DNA of 62,733 bases, filler included, from Basidiobolus ranarum (taxonomy: Eukaryota): the NCBI GenBank assembly GCA_040143965.1. It is 32 parts of 32 records of this genome, joined end to end, with 100 filler letters (N's around TTAATTAATTAA, not from the genome) between each part and the next. Parts side by side here need not be neighbours in the genome. Positions count along the whole stretch, not along the records: positions 1 to 1,872 come from JASJQH010011056.1; positions 1,973 to 3,843 come from JASJQH010011057.1; positions 3,944 to 5,814 come from JASJQH010011058.1; positions 5,915 to 7,785 come from JASJQH010011059.1; positions 7,886 to 9,755 come from JASJQH010011060.1; positions 9,856 to 11,724 come from JASJQH010011061.1; positions 11,825 to 13,692 come from JASJQH010011062.1; 25 more parts are not named here. One strand, written 5' to 3'. The notes under the pieces are model-generated. The model did not search any database. It worked only from the letters and a program-made list of their open reading frames with translations, and was not told where the DNA came from. Shown here in pieces: positions 1 to 11,933 of this stretch. Both the position numbers and the translations under genes were made by a program. Every line of letters starts with the position of its first letter. The stretch's first letter is position 1.

Positions 1-272
1 TTGAAAAATCTATATATCTGAGAACTTCTAAGTTGGTAAAAATATTCTAAGTAAATTCCAATTGAGAATAATTGATAATATCTTAGTGAGCTATAAGATA
101 ACTAAGTACTATGCTATACATGACTATAAAGGTATGAGAACTTCCAAGTTGGTAAGCATATTCCAGGTAAATTGCATTTGAGAATAATGGATAATAGCTT
201 AGTGAATTATAAGTTAACTAAGTAGTAAGCTATATATGACTATATAGATGTTTATGCATGTTAATTTTAACA
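1..272 (-). mobile_element. Copia family A 3' LTR (partial), with a 116-bp internal tandem duplication
   Basis: On the minus strand it starts TGTT at 272, right after the PPT AGGGAGAG (273-280). It matches the LTR-A copies at 8093-8440 and 12125-12471. Units 19-134 and 135-250 are direct repeats. Confidence 0.88.
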
Positions 273-864
273 CTCTCCCTGAACTTAATAGTGGGTCTAG
301 CTAATTGTTATGTTAATATATCAGGAATGATGTCTTCTGCAGAGCAATAAGTAAAGTCAATAAGCACAATTTCTAGAGTATCTCTAATGAAGTGGTCTTT
401 AATATCTATGTGTTTGGTTCTATTATGAAATGTGGGATTTTTAGCTAGTTTGATACAGCTTTGATTATTTGGATATATTATAGTTAGCAAATGTTGAGAT
501 TAAGCTAAATCTGTTAAGAGTTTTCTTAACCATATTGCTTCTGTTGCTGCTTCACCATCTGCCATGTATTTGTCTTCTGTTGTTGAAAGTGCTATGGTAG
601 GTTGTTTCTTTGAATTCCAAGAAATAGCTCTATCACAGCAAAGAAGTAAGTATCCTGTTATAAACCCCTGTCTTTGACATATCTTCCCCAATTTGCATCT
701 GAATATCCCAGCAGATCAAAGTTTGATCCAATATACATGTATTTTAAGCACATATACAGAGTACCTTTTAAATATTTAAAATTTGCTTAACCACTATGAC
801 TTGATCAGATCCATAATTTTGAAGATATCATACTTAACTCCCACAGAATATGCAATATCTGGCA
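273..864 (-). mobile_element. Copia-A RT C-terminus/RNase H, decayed
   Basis: Motifs AISWNSKKQPTIALSTTE and NPTFHNRTKHIDIKDHFIRD, broken by frameshifts and stops. Confidence 0.92.
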
Positions 865-1392
865 TGTTGAAAATATGCAAATAACAACTCAATATTTAGC
901 AGTATGTTTAATCATATTCTGCTTATTTAGCACTCAATTCTGTCATTCCAAAATGTGTGTTTCTTGCTCTAATTAATTGAAATATTAATTGGATCACTTT
1001 TATTATTTTTCACTATTTTCTCAAAGCTTCCCCAAATCATCTCAAATTTTCACTCATGCTTAACAGGCATGTTTATTATGATCTCACCACATGTAATAGT
1101 CAAATTAAATAGTAAACTACATATGGGACAAATTCAATTCAACAAAATGTAAGTGTCTATTTGACAAATCCCAACCTTGGCCAAAACAATTTCAAACTCC
1201 CTAAACACTCTGATCAGGTCATGAGCCCCAAGCTAGCTGTTGAATGGATATCCATCAGTCCTATTATCAACATTTTTGCAACCATAGAGAAGTTTGATGG
1301 TGAAGTCTTTCATCTTTGGAAGTTTGTGATGCAAATGGTGCCAGAAGAGAAAGACCTTTGAAAATTGGCTACAGGAGACAAAATAGAGCCAA
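865..1392 (+). mobile_element. Copia family B 5' LTR (865-1216), PBS (1217-1228) and gag start, inserted in Copia-A
   Basis: TGTTGAAA...TGATCA, then GGTCATGAGCCC, then MSPKLAV...IEKFDGEVFHLWKF (Copia gag N-terminus). Confidence 0.88.
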
Positions 1393-1872
1393 TGTCACGA
1401 TTCTGATCTTGGCATACTGATCTACTGCAAATAGAACTTTTCTATTATTAGATTATGATATCATATCTGCTGTGCCATCCCCTCTTAGCAATCTTGTGTT
1501 AGTTCATCCAGGTTACCTTATATGGAAGTCATGTTCTATGGAACATTCTATGAAACCTAACCAATCCTGTCATCCCACTCATAGTGTATTTCTCCCAAGA
1601 CCTTCCATGGAAGGTCACTTGATCATCCTTACATCATCCCTCTTTGTATTGGTCCTTGAAGTCCCCAATGCCCCGACACTTGAACTTGCCACATTATATT
1701 CCCTATGCAGTGTATTATGTTTCACCCTGCCATATCTATATAAGCTCCATGTACTCCTTGCTCAGACCTCAGTCTGATCAATGCCAGTTATCAATAAAGA
1801 TTCTTGCCAAAGTATCTTCCTTGTCCAGTCTTGTCTTGTCTTGTCTTGTGGTCTACACCCAAGTACTCTCCT
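1393..1872 (+). mobile_element. Gypsy LTR-D (partial), inserted in Copia-B gag
   Basis: Starts TGTCACGATTCTGATC and is colinear with the full copy at 6877-7421. Contains a (TCTTG)n tract. Confidence 0.9.
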
Positions 1873-1972
1873 NNNNNNNNNNNNNNNNNNNNNNNNNNNN
1901 NNNNNNNNNNNNNNNNTTAATTAATTAANNNNNNNNNNNNNNNNNNNNNNNNNNNNNNNNNNNNNNNNNNNN
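1873..1972. other. Artificial contig spacer (first of 31): 44 N + TTAATTAATTAA + 44 N
   Basis: The same 100-nt block recurs about every 1.96 kb. Contig lengths fall steadily from 1872 to 1855 bp. The 12-mer has stops in all six frames. Confidence 0.99.
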
Positions 1973-2222
1973 TAGGTAGTTGATCTATGCTATGACTGGA
2001 ACCAGGCCAGATATCTCTTTTGCAATGGGAGTGGTTATCCCACATGTGCAAAACCCAGGATCTGAGCATTATGCTGCACTTAAGTGGATTTCCAGATATT
2101 TGAAGGGTACAATTGATCTGGGTCTATGATACTCATATTCTTAGTAGAATAAGAATTTAATTGGGTTTAGTGAAGCAGATTGGGGATGTGATATTGAGGA
2201 CAGAAGATCTATCACTGGATTT
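1973..2222 (+). mobile_element. Copia family C RT C-terminal fragment
   Basis: GSLIYAMTGTRPDISFAMGVV...ADWGCDIEDRRSITG. Same family as 39339-39640. Confidence 0.85.
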
Positions 2223-3843
2223 TGTGGAGATTAGGTAAATAGCATCTCATTATTTAGTAGCTAGTTTATTCATATTCTGATTAATTAGCACTCAATTTTG
2301 TCACTCAAAAACATGTGTTTATTGCTCTAATTGATAAAAATATCAATTAGATCACTTTTATCAATTTTCATTATTTTTGCAAAACTATCCAAATGACCTT
2401 AAATTTTCACCCATGCTTAACACACATGTTTGTTATGATCTAAGCATGTCCAATAGTTCTATTTCATAGTAAACTATAAATAGGACAGATTTAATTCAAT
2501 AAAACTAAAGTGTCTAACTAACAAATCTAAATCTTGTCCAAAACACTTCCAAATCCCCTAAACACTTTTATCAGGTTATGAGCCCCAAGCTAGCTGTTAA
2601 AGGAATGTCTACCAGTACTATTACCAAAGTTTTTGCATCCACAGAGAAGTTTGACAGTGAAGACTTTTACCTTTGGAAGTTTGAGATGTAAATGGTGCTA
2701 GAAGACAAGGACCTTTGGGCATTTGTTACAGGAGAGGAAATAGAGCCAAAGGGACCACCAGAAGCTATCCTTGCCTTTCACAAGAAACAGAGGAAAGTAC
2801 TTTCTACACTTTGTCTACATCTAAGTGATTATCTATTGAGGTACATGCAATCAGCCAAAAACATCCAAAATGCTTAGGAAATACTTGAAAGACTATATGG
2901 GACTAAAAGTCTGGCTTATAGGCTATATCTTAGGTGAAAATTATTCTCAATTCAGATGAATCCTGATGGTTCTATGCTTAATCATATAGATTGGATAAAA
3001 ACTATGGCAGATCAGCTCTCATACATTAGAGCACCACTGAGTAAAGATGACTCAGTCATGACACTGCTTGGGAGCCTGCCAGACAAGTTTGGGAACCTCA
3101 TAATTGCCCTAGAATCAAGATCAGAGCCATTAACATTGGAATATGTGGGTGCTAGGCTTTTGAAAGAAGAATTTAAAAGATCTAATTTTCAGCAAAATAA
3201 TGCAGAACAGGCATTTGTTAGAGCTTTAAAATGTCCAACAGGCTTTAAAAATGGTGCCCCTCTTAGGAAATTAATCATCTGCAAGTATTGCAAGAAACCA
3301 GGCCATTTATCACAGATTGCAGAAACAGAATTTTGCCAAAAAGTTAAAATCAGAACAAGCAAATCAAGTAAGCACTGATAGAGATCATCTATTTGTATCT
3401 GCCCTATCAGTAACCACTAAAGAAGGCTCAGAAATGTGGTACATTGGTTCAAGAGCTTCCCAGCATGTTTTCTAGCTTAAAACCAATTTAAACAAGAAAA
3501 GCCTACTTAGGTGATGACTTTACACTAGATGCAGTTGGTAAGGGCACTGTTGTAGTCAATTTAGACCAAAAATTAGCTACACCATCTGCAAAATTAGATG
3601 ATGTAATCTATGTACCAAATATAGCCAAGAATCTACTCTCAGTAAGCCAAGCAACAGCTCAAGGATGAACTTTTGTTTTCAGTAAGGCTGGATGCACTAT
3701 CATAGATCAGAATAATACCAAATTAGCTACTGGGATCAAAACTCAAAACTTATACAAGCTAGATATCAACAAACTGCATTCTGAGCATGCAAACTTGGCC
3801 AAAACTGGTGAAATAAGTTGTCAAACGTGGCATAGAAAATTAG
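2223..3843 (+). mobile_element. Copia-B 5' LTR (2223-2573), PBS (2574-2585) and decayed gag-protease-pre-integrase
   Basis: GGTTATGAGCCC follows the LTR end. Gag motif TLLGSLPDKFGNLIIALE, zinc knuckle CKYCKKPGH, protease-like WYIGSRASQH, YVPNIAKNLLSVSQ, and pre-integrase WHRKL. Confidence 0.92.
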
Positions 3844-3943
3844 NNNNNNNNNNNNNNNNNNNNNNNNNNNNNNNNNNNNNNNNNNNNTTAATTAATTAAN
3901 NNNNNNNNNNNNNNNNNNNNNNNNNNNNNNNNNNNNNNNNNNN

Positions 3944-5292
3944 TTGACTTTTCAGATTCTGGTAGTGATATCCATCAAGTATATTGGTAATACCATCAGC
4001 TTTATGGTGAGTACTTTGGTATTGGATCAATGATCTATATTTGGGTAATTTCATTAAAACTTTAAGATGGGGAATCAATGGTATGAGAGCCAAATATGAA
4101 CAATATTTACCTAATTCAGTGATTGCCAATTGTGTGCAAACAGTACATGACTTCAGGTTTTTCAGATCACTGGTGAAAGCCAAACAACCATTTGTACATG
4201 ATGGTAGTTTAATTACTGAAGGATTATAAGTCATACAATTGACAAGTGTTTTCCACTTGCACCAGGTCTGTGGCAAGCAACAGTTGCCAATCAACGGTGG
4301 TAAAAGTGTAAGAAAACCAATTAACACCTGGTTGCTAAGATTGGATTGAACTCTCCACTCCTCAATAATCAAAGCTGCTTCCTTTATGGTAAGTGTTGTG
4401 AGTGGACTAATATTTGCCAATAACACAGAGTCCATAACAAAACCATTGTCATCTTTTTCAACTTCTGATATACCACCATTGGTACAGGAATAACCAAGAT
4501 CAATATCTAGCAGCAAGTCCTCAAAGTTGTCTAGACTTACTGATTTGACCAAAGTTGCATTTTGACCTACAGCATTCTGGTCATCTAACTGTGGTAACTC
4601 CATGTTATCTTGACTTTTGGCAGAGTAACCAAAACTTTGAGGCAAAGTTCAATCAGTGGACTCAATAGGCAAAACTAAAGTCAAATTATTGCACTTATTA
4701 CTGTTGTCATATACCAGGCATTGTACAGCTGGTGGCTTTGTACAGTGACCATGCTTGTGATTATTTTTCTATGAAGCCTCCAGCTTTCATAGCACAAGAA
4801 TTTGTGACAATTATAGCAGGGCCTCTTTAAATGTTTGTGTTGCAGTATGAGAAGGATATTGTAAAAAAAAGAACACCTCCTATGTAAAGGTGGTATTTTA
4901 GGTATAGCCCATCAATATCATCAGCTGATTCTGATATGGTGTCACAGATGAGTCAACAGGGGATTTACAAGATATTTCTGGTAATGGATGGCAATTTTGG
5001 TTTATGCTATGCTGTTGCTAAGCAATTTGATCACACAAAGTTTACCATCTGAAAATTTCAATGCCATTCAAAAAGTACCCAAAATCTAAATCAAAATTGG
5101 CTTCCAAGCCAAAGCCTGCTGACACAAAAGGAAAAAAATCAGTAACAACAGAGGACTTAATTGATGAGCAGTCTAGCAATCCACTATCCACTCTGGAAGG
5201 TATTAACATGCTGGAAACTAACTCAAGTAATGATGAAGCATTAATCAATTTACCAAATGTGTTCCTTTCCAGCAATAGGGCAAGTGAAGAGA
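3944..5292 (-). mobile_element. CACTA/EnSpm-like DNA transposon: transposase 5' part (minus) and divergent ORF2 (plus, from 5061)
   Basis: C..GCLAF...C..C and YLALIPLIPHLK...ITNILDGYHYQNL lie upstream of the Transposase_21/tnp2-like core seen at 10543-11319. ORF2 begins MPFKKYPKSK. Confidence 0.8.
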
Positions 5293-5814
5293 CCCTGACA
5301 AAAATAAAAATGATTTGATCCGGATTGGATCCACCCTCCAAAAGAGCAGAACCATCAGAGAACCGTCACAATATTGGTGACTTGCATTCTGCCAGGGATT
5401 TTGTTGGTGTGATGGCGGTTTCCTGATGGTATTCTGATGGTATTCCTACATGTTAAAATATTGATCCTCAAAATTGGCATGCATTATTCAATATCCAGCA
5501 ATTTTGCAAAATATAATTTTTGAATGGCAAATTACTGGGTTTACTGCTGTAGGAATTTGAATTAATATGCATGCCTTTATTGAGATATTTTAGGCTTTGT
5601 ATTCCAGCCATAATGAGAATCAAAAAATACAAGAATCTCGTTGTGTTTAGTCTCTACATATGCACATATTTGACTGATTAGACATAACTCAACAACATCA
5701 ATATGCTTTACCAGCAAACTAACGGTGGAAAAATTGCTAAACATCTGAAATTTTGAATAGCACTGACACTTGGCAAATAGCTGACTCTTGTTACCGTTCA
5801 CAATGAGAATAAGC
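5293..5814 (-). mobile_element. 3' terminus of a second CACTA-like copy, nested in ORF2 of the first
   Basis: Terminus CCCTGACA at 5293 with ACC(G/A)TCA-type subterminal repeats, near-identical to 21353-21563. The inner part matches the transposase tail at 12472-12650. Confidence 0.75.
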
Positions 5815-5914
5815 NNNNNNNNNNNNNNNNNNNNNNNNNNNNNNNNNNNNNNNNNNNNTTAATTAATTAANNNNNNNNNNNNNNNNNNNNNNNNNNNNNN
5901 NNNNNNNNNNNNNN

Positions 5915-7421
5915 GTACTCTTTCAGAATGTTGAGTTCTGGCTGGGTCAGCCCATATATAGGCCCAAATGGTGGTTGTTTTCCTTCTTGTAGATCTATAG
6001 GGCAATCATATGGGTGGTGAGCTGGGAGTATATCAGATTTCTTCTTGTCAAAGACATCAGCAAAGGCTTGGTATTTGGGTGGGAGCTTATGAACCATAGG
6101 TTTTGTTGGTTTCAGCTCTTCAGCAATACTGTCAACAAATATTGGCTTCATAGATGTTTTTAGGAGTTGGGCTGATGATGAGTTGGATACTTTGCAGGTT
6201 GGCAAATATGGACTAGGAGGTGGAGTTTGCTTGAACATGATAATCTTCTTCTTCCAATTGATTACTGGGTTGTGCTGCATGATGATGAGCTTTACTTGGT
6301 TAATAAAACCATGATTGTTTTGGCAAGTGCCATCAAACTTATTTAGTAAGCAGATTTTGGGTTCAGGAGTTGGACTTGCAGAATAGTTGGGTAGAGCTAG
6401 ATTCTGTACTTGAGCAATAGAAGTTCAAAGTTCTTTATTTTCTTGCTGCAGCTGAGTAAGAGCTTGCATAATATCTTCCATTGTGGGAGCTGGTGTAGAC
6501 ATAATACTAACTATGTTGGGAGGGGGAAGTTTTAAAAACCACAAGTTTCTCTAGGAATGATAATAACAATGCAATGTCCAACTTTCTGTTGAAGAAATGA
6601 TTGGTGCCTTGACAAAAGAATATGCTGGTATCAACATCCTTTGATCTTGATCAAGTACTAAAGCTTCTTTGATCAAAAACAGCTGTAAACTCAACCAGTA
6701 GTGTCTTGACAAGGATGCACTTAGAGCAATTATCCAAAGGTGGAAGGTATCTTTGCCTTTGCAGGGAAGCTTGGGAAAGATGGGGAATAAGAAGGAAGCC
6801 TATCTTGGGGGGTTTCAAGGTTGGAGACCAGGGATGGAGAGAAGTCTACAGGCAAGTATAAGTAGTCTGATCAAACTGTCACACTAAAGAACTGGACAAG
6901 GACTAGAAACAATGACAAGAGGCTAGAAGGCAGGAGAGTACTTGCGTGTAGACACAAGACAAGACAAGACAAGACTGGACAAGGAAGATATTTTGGCAAG
7001 AATCTTTATTGATAACTGGTGTTAATCAGACTGAGGTCTGATCAAGGAATATATGGGGCTTATATAGCTATTGCAAGGTGAAACATAATATACTGAACAG
7101 GGAATATACTGTGGTAAGTTCGAGAGTTGGGGTTTTAGGGACTACAAGGAACAATACAAAAAGGGATGATGTAAGGATGATGTAAGGATGGTCAGGTGAC
7201 CTCCCATGGAAGGTCTTGGCCGAAATACACTATGTGTGGGATGACATGATTGGTTAGGTTTCATGAAATGTTCCAAAGAACATGACTTCCATATAAGGTA
7301 ATCTGGATGAACTAACACCAAATTGCCAAGAAGGGATGGCACAGCAGGTATGATGTCAAAATCTAATGATAGAAGAGTTCTATTTGCAGTGGATCAGTAT
7401 GCTGAGATCAGAATCATGACA
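5915..7421 (-). mobile_element. Ty3/Gypsy (Tf1/Tf2-sushi-like) element: full 5' LTR-D (6877-7421), PBS (6864-6874), gag from 6502, internal deletion to the protease end/RT start
   Basis: 545-bp LTR with TGTCA...TGACA ends. Gag motif PEPKICLLNKFDG...GFINQVKLII is joined directly to HNPVINW...YQAFADVFDKKKSDILPAHHPYDCPIDLQEGKQPPFGPIYGL. Confidence 0.92.
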
Positions 7422-7785
7422 GGTATATTGGTTATACTGTCAGCTTTCCAGTGAGTTCTTTGGTATTGGATCAATGATCTATAGTTCGGTGACTTCATCA
7501 AAACTTTAAGACAGGGAATCAATGGTATACAACCTGAATATGAGCAATCTTTACCTGATTCAGTGATTGCCAATTGTGTGCAAACAGTACATGACTACAG
7601 GTTTTTCAAATCACTGGTTAAAGGCAAACAGCCATTTGCACATCAAGGTAGTTTAATTACTCAAGGATTATAAGTCATACAATTGACAGGTGTTTTCCAC
7701 TTGTACCAGGTCTGTGGCAAGCAATAGTTACCAATCAACCATGGAAAAGTGTATGAAAACCAATAAATACTGGGTTGCAAAGATT
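7422..7785 (-). mobile_element. CACTA-like transposase fragment (target of the Gypsy insertion)
   Basis: Colinear with 3980-4340. Confidence 0.85.
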
Positions 7786-8092
7786 NNNNNNNNNNNNNNN
7801 NNNNNNNNNNNNNNNNNNNNNNNNNNNNNTTAATTAATTAANNNNNNNNNNNNNNNNNNNNNNNNNNNNNNNNNNNNNNNNNNNNATGTATCATAACTAA
7901 AGTTAACTAAGATGTTGAATAAAGATTAATTATCCAACAAAAACATCAATTCTTTGTTTCCAACACCTCCCAGAATACTTCAACATTTGATACCCTGCTA
8001 GCACTTCGCTGACATCATCTTGATTACCTACAAAGGAATACAGCTATCTAATAGACAGCATGTACCCACCATACATCTCCACTATAAAGTCA

Positions 8093-9646
8093 TGTTAAAG
8101 TATTTGGGAGCCAGTTGGAATTGGTTTGGAGATTAAGAGGAATTAGTGGTTTTCACTTTTTGATTTATTGAGTAGAGAGTTGCCATTTATAGTTTTGTCA
8201 AGAGGTAAACAAACTAACATGTAGAATATGTTAAGGAAGGTCCCAGGAATATATGTGCAAAGTTTGGGGCTTCTAGCACAAGTTTGAAAAATCTATATAT
8301 CCAAGAACTTCTAAGTTGGTAAAAATATTCCAAGTAAATTCCAATTGAGAATAATTGATAATATCTTAGTGAGTTATAAGATTACTAAGTACTAAGCTAT
8401 ATATGACTATATAGGTGCTTAGGCAATGCTAATTTCAACACTCTCCCTCAACTAAATAGTCATAGAAACTAATCCTAATAAAGGTCTAAATTTCTCAAAT
8501 TTCAGTCTAGCTAATGGTTTGGTTAATATATCAGCAATCATATCTTCTGTAGAACAATAAGTTAAGTCAATAAACATATTCTCTATAGTCTCTCTAATGA
8601 AGTGATACTTAATAACTATATGTTTGCTTCTATTATGAAATGTGGGATTTTTAGCTAATTTGATACAACTTTGATTATCTTGAAATGTTGTAGTTGGTGA
8701 ATTTTGAGAATAACCCAAATTTGTTAAGAGTTTTCTTAACCATATAGCTTCTTTTGCTGCTTAACAGGCAGCCATGTATTCAGCTTCTGTTGTTGAAAGT
8801 GCTATGGTAGGTTGTTTCTTTGAATTCTGAGAAATAGCTCCATTACAGCAAAGAAACAAGTATCCAGTCGTAGATCTCCTGTCTTCAATATCTCTTCCCC
8901 AATTTGCATCTGAATATCCCATCAGATCAAAATTTGATCCAGAATATTTGTATTTTAAGCATACATTGGAGGATCTTGACATAATGGGGGTAGACTTTGT
9001 GTATTAGAGACAACTTATGATAGTGTGTTTTAGTTAGTTTTTTCTCAGGAGTATATGGCAACTTATACAGTAGAAATGTAAGTCAATTGTTTGAGATATT
9101 CAGGAGTTTGTGTAATAAGATATAATAGATAAGTAGGATAATAAGACATACTTGTTTTATAGATATAGAGATATTCCTATTTTGAACATAGGGGCTATAG
9201 ATATGTTGCTTTCTATTTCTGATATATGTATCATAACTAAAGTTAACTATGATGTAGAATAAAGATTAATTATCCAACAGCATAGATCCAGAGTACCTTT
9301 CAAATATCTGTAAATCTGCTTAACTGCTATTATTTGATCAGATCCATAATTTTGAAGATATTGGCACATAACTCCCACAGAATATGCAATATCTGGCTGT
9401 GTTCCAGCCATGATATACATCAAGCTACCAACCATAGATTGATAAGGAAATTTCTGTCTTTCATTTGAATCCAAAAATGTCTGATTTAAGCCATTTTTGT
9501 TCAAGTTGATATTTGTCTCCATTGGGGCAGATACTGGATTACATTCTTCCATTTAAAACTTCTTCAGTATATCTAAGATATACTTAGACTGGTTTAAAGT
9601 TATTGTTTTGGTAGTTCTATCTATCTTATTTTGGATTCCAAGATAG
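8093..9646 (-). mobile_element. Copia-A 3' part: RT, RNase H, PPT (8441-8449) and full 3' LTR (8093-8440)
   Basis: PYQSMVGSLMY, GYSDANWGRDIEDRRSTTGY, MIADILTKPL. The 348-bp LTR reads TGTTGAAA...TTTAACA. Confidence 0.95.
8964..9279 (-). mobile_element. Solo LTR-E (316 bp) with 5-bp TSD GCATA, inside Copia-A RT
   Basis: GCATA at 8959-8963 and 9280-9284. The host RT sequence rejoins across it. Matches 13324-13640. Further LTR-E ends at 7886-7939 and 11825-11933. Confidence 0.92.
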
Positions 9647-9755
9647 TATTGGGAAAATATGGGCTGTTTGGAGGAACTTTAGAAAAGTGGAGTTGTGAAT
9701 AGCTTTGTGAGATAATTATTTATTGACCAGAAATTAAGCATTTATACATTTTGGT
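9647..9755 (-). mobile_element. LTR-C 3' end inserted in Copia-A RT
   Basis: Matches 12856-12965 and the end of 35839-36227. Confidence 0.85.
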
Positions 9756-9855
9756 NNNNNNNNNNNNNNNNNNNNNNNNNNNNNNNNNNNNNNNNNNNNT
9801 TAATTAATTAANNNNNNNNNNNNNNNNNNNNNNNNNNNNNNNNNNNNNNNNNNNN

Positions 9856-11724
9856 CCTGCCACAAGTAGATGTGTCATTGCTGCAATAGATTACCCCATG
9901 GCTAAAACAATAATACTCTGTATCTTGATCTATCTCACAAAGAAGTGTATCTTGCAGCTTTCCTAAAAATACCATCAGATTATCACACAAGCAAGTTAGC
10001 CTGATTATAGAGGTACTTACTCTGTGACCATGGATTGGGCTTTGTTGCTGTTATTATGCTCAAACAATGCAAAAACCCATGAGAACATTGAAAAGAGCCC
10101 TTTGTTGGCAGGTTAATATACTCTGAAGTCTCCTTAACCCATTGCATTACATCCATCAGTGATTTTGCTGCTACATTGTTAATCAGATTAGCAGATGGTA
10201 ATACTGATAATTTCACATGCAGCATCATTTCACCCCAGGTGTGCGCCATTGGGTTTCCCAGAATGTATAGCAAGGGCCTATAATCTCTAAGCATTGTGCA
10301 AGACATAGCAGGGAATGTATTGAATACAGGCATAGATTTAGTCTATCTTCTTTAAACCTGTAATAAAGTTTTTCATATCCAATTAAAAAATCATTGCACA
10401 GTTGCTATATCTGTCTGAGATTTGCAAATGTGAGTTGATGCTGTAAGAAAATTTTAACAGTGTGCACAAACATCTCCCAATATTGCCAATACTTATCAGG
10501 CAGAAATCTTTACAAAATTCCACTGGAATATGTTCAAATACATTACTTCCTGTCTTTGCATTTGAATAAACACCCAGAGGAGTGGATATTGATGGGAGTC
10601 CTGGTAAAATATGATATCTTGACGGTTTCAAGCATTTTCCCCATCAATTCAAACTTTGATCCTATCTTGAATGGCTCATTTATATTGAATTTTCCACTAT
10701 ATAGCTGAGTGATTAGTATCAAAATGTTGTTGGATAGTAAGTGCATAGTGCCTGATGGGAAGCTCTGGCTCCTGCTGAACCCCTTTAGCAATGTAATCAT
10801 GGGCTTATGGCTAATACCGAGTGTGATGTTACACCAACTATTTGGTGAATTGATATCAGTGATCATATCAAAATCTGACTGGGCTCTTGATGGTAAAATC
10901 ATGAAGTTTAGTGTTGTACATGGAAAGTAATAATGTGTATGCCTGATAGAGTAAACTTTATTGATTGGACAAAATCTACAGCAAGATAGTGCATTGTGCC
11001 CACAAAAACCTCCAAGCTTACTGATGGCAGGAGTGTCCCCAATACATACAATGATATTAGCTTTAATAAAATATTCACCCAGCTGAACCCCAATAGATAA
11101 CCATTCAAATTCCTCAATCAAAGGCTCCAAGAAGCTATCTATGAGTACTGGTGATTTAGGTCCATATATGAAAGATAGTATCAAGATATTATGACTCTTG
11201 TACCATTCAGAAAGAGGAAGATTTAAGTTGATTAAAATTATTGGCCAGCAAGCCTTTCCAATGGTATTTTTGTTTAGTGAGAAACCATCCAGAGCCAATG
11301 CAAATGCATAATTGTACATGTTCTCAACAAAACCTTGACTTTCCAGATACTGGCAGTGATATCTATCAAGTATATTGGTAATACATCAGCTCAATGGCAA
11401 GCACTTTAGTATTGATCAATGATCTATATTTGGGTGATTTCATCAAAACTTTAAGACAAGGAATCAACAGTATTTAAGCCAAATATGAACAATATTTACC
11501 TGATTAAGTAATTGCCTATTGTGTTCAAACAGTACATGACTTCAGGTTTTTCAGATCACCAGTGAAAGCTAAACAACCATTTGGACATTAAAGTAATGTA
11601 ACGACTCAAGGAGTATACGTCATACAATTGATTAGTGTTTCCTACTTGTGCCAGGTCCGTGGCAAGCAACAGTTACCCATCAACTGTTGTGAAAGTGTAA
11701 GAAAAACCAATAAACACTTGGTTG
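9856..11724 (-). mobile_element. CACTA/EnSpm-like transposase core (Transposase_21/tnp2-like), decayed
   Basis: FALALDGF...WPIILINLNLP...GPKSP..IDSFLEPLIEEF...GDTPAISKL.GF.GHNA...CRFC...MHLL.NN, with stops and frameshifts. Confidence 0.88.
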
Positions 11725-11933
11725 NNNNNNNNNNNNNNNNNNNNNNNNNNNNNNNNNNNNNNNNNNNNTTAATTAATTAANNNNNNNNNNNNNNNNNNNN
11801 NNNNNNNNNNNNNNNNNNNNNNNNATATTCCTATTTAGAATATAGGGGCTATAGATACATTGCTTTCTGTTTCTGATATATGTATCATAACTAAAGTTAA
11901 CTATGATGTTGAATAAAGATTAATTATCCAACA

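Noticed and set aside
1917-1928. Regularly spaced TTAATTAATTAA palindrome resembling a repeat array
   Set aside because: It is an artificial linker embedded in N runs, not CRISPR or biological. ORFs ending in X...LIN are read-through artefacts.
5042-5341. Conserved minus-strand ORF ending NGIEIFRW (also 46163, 57241)
   Set aside because: It is antisense to transposon ORF2, has no shared start between copies, and partly reads from inserted DNA.
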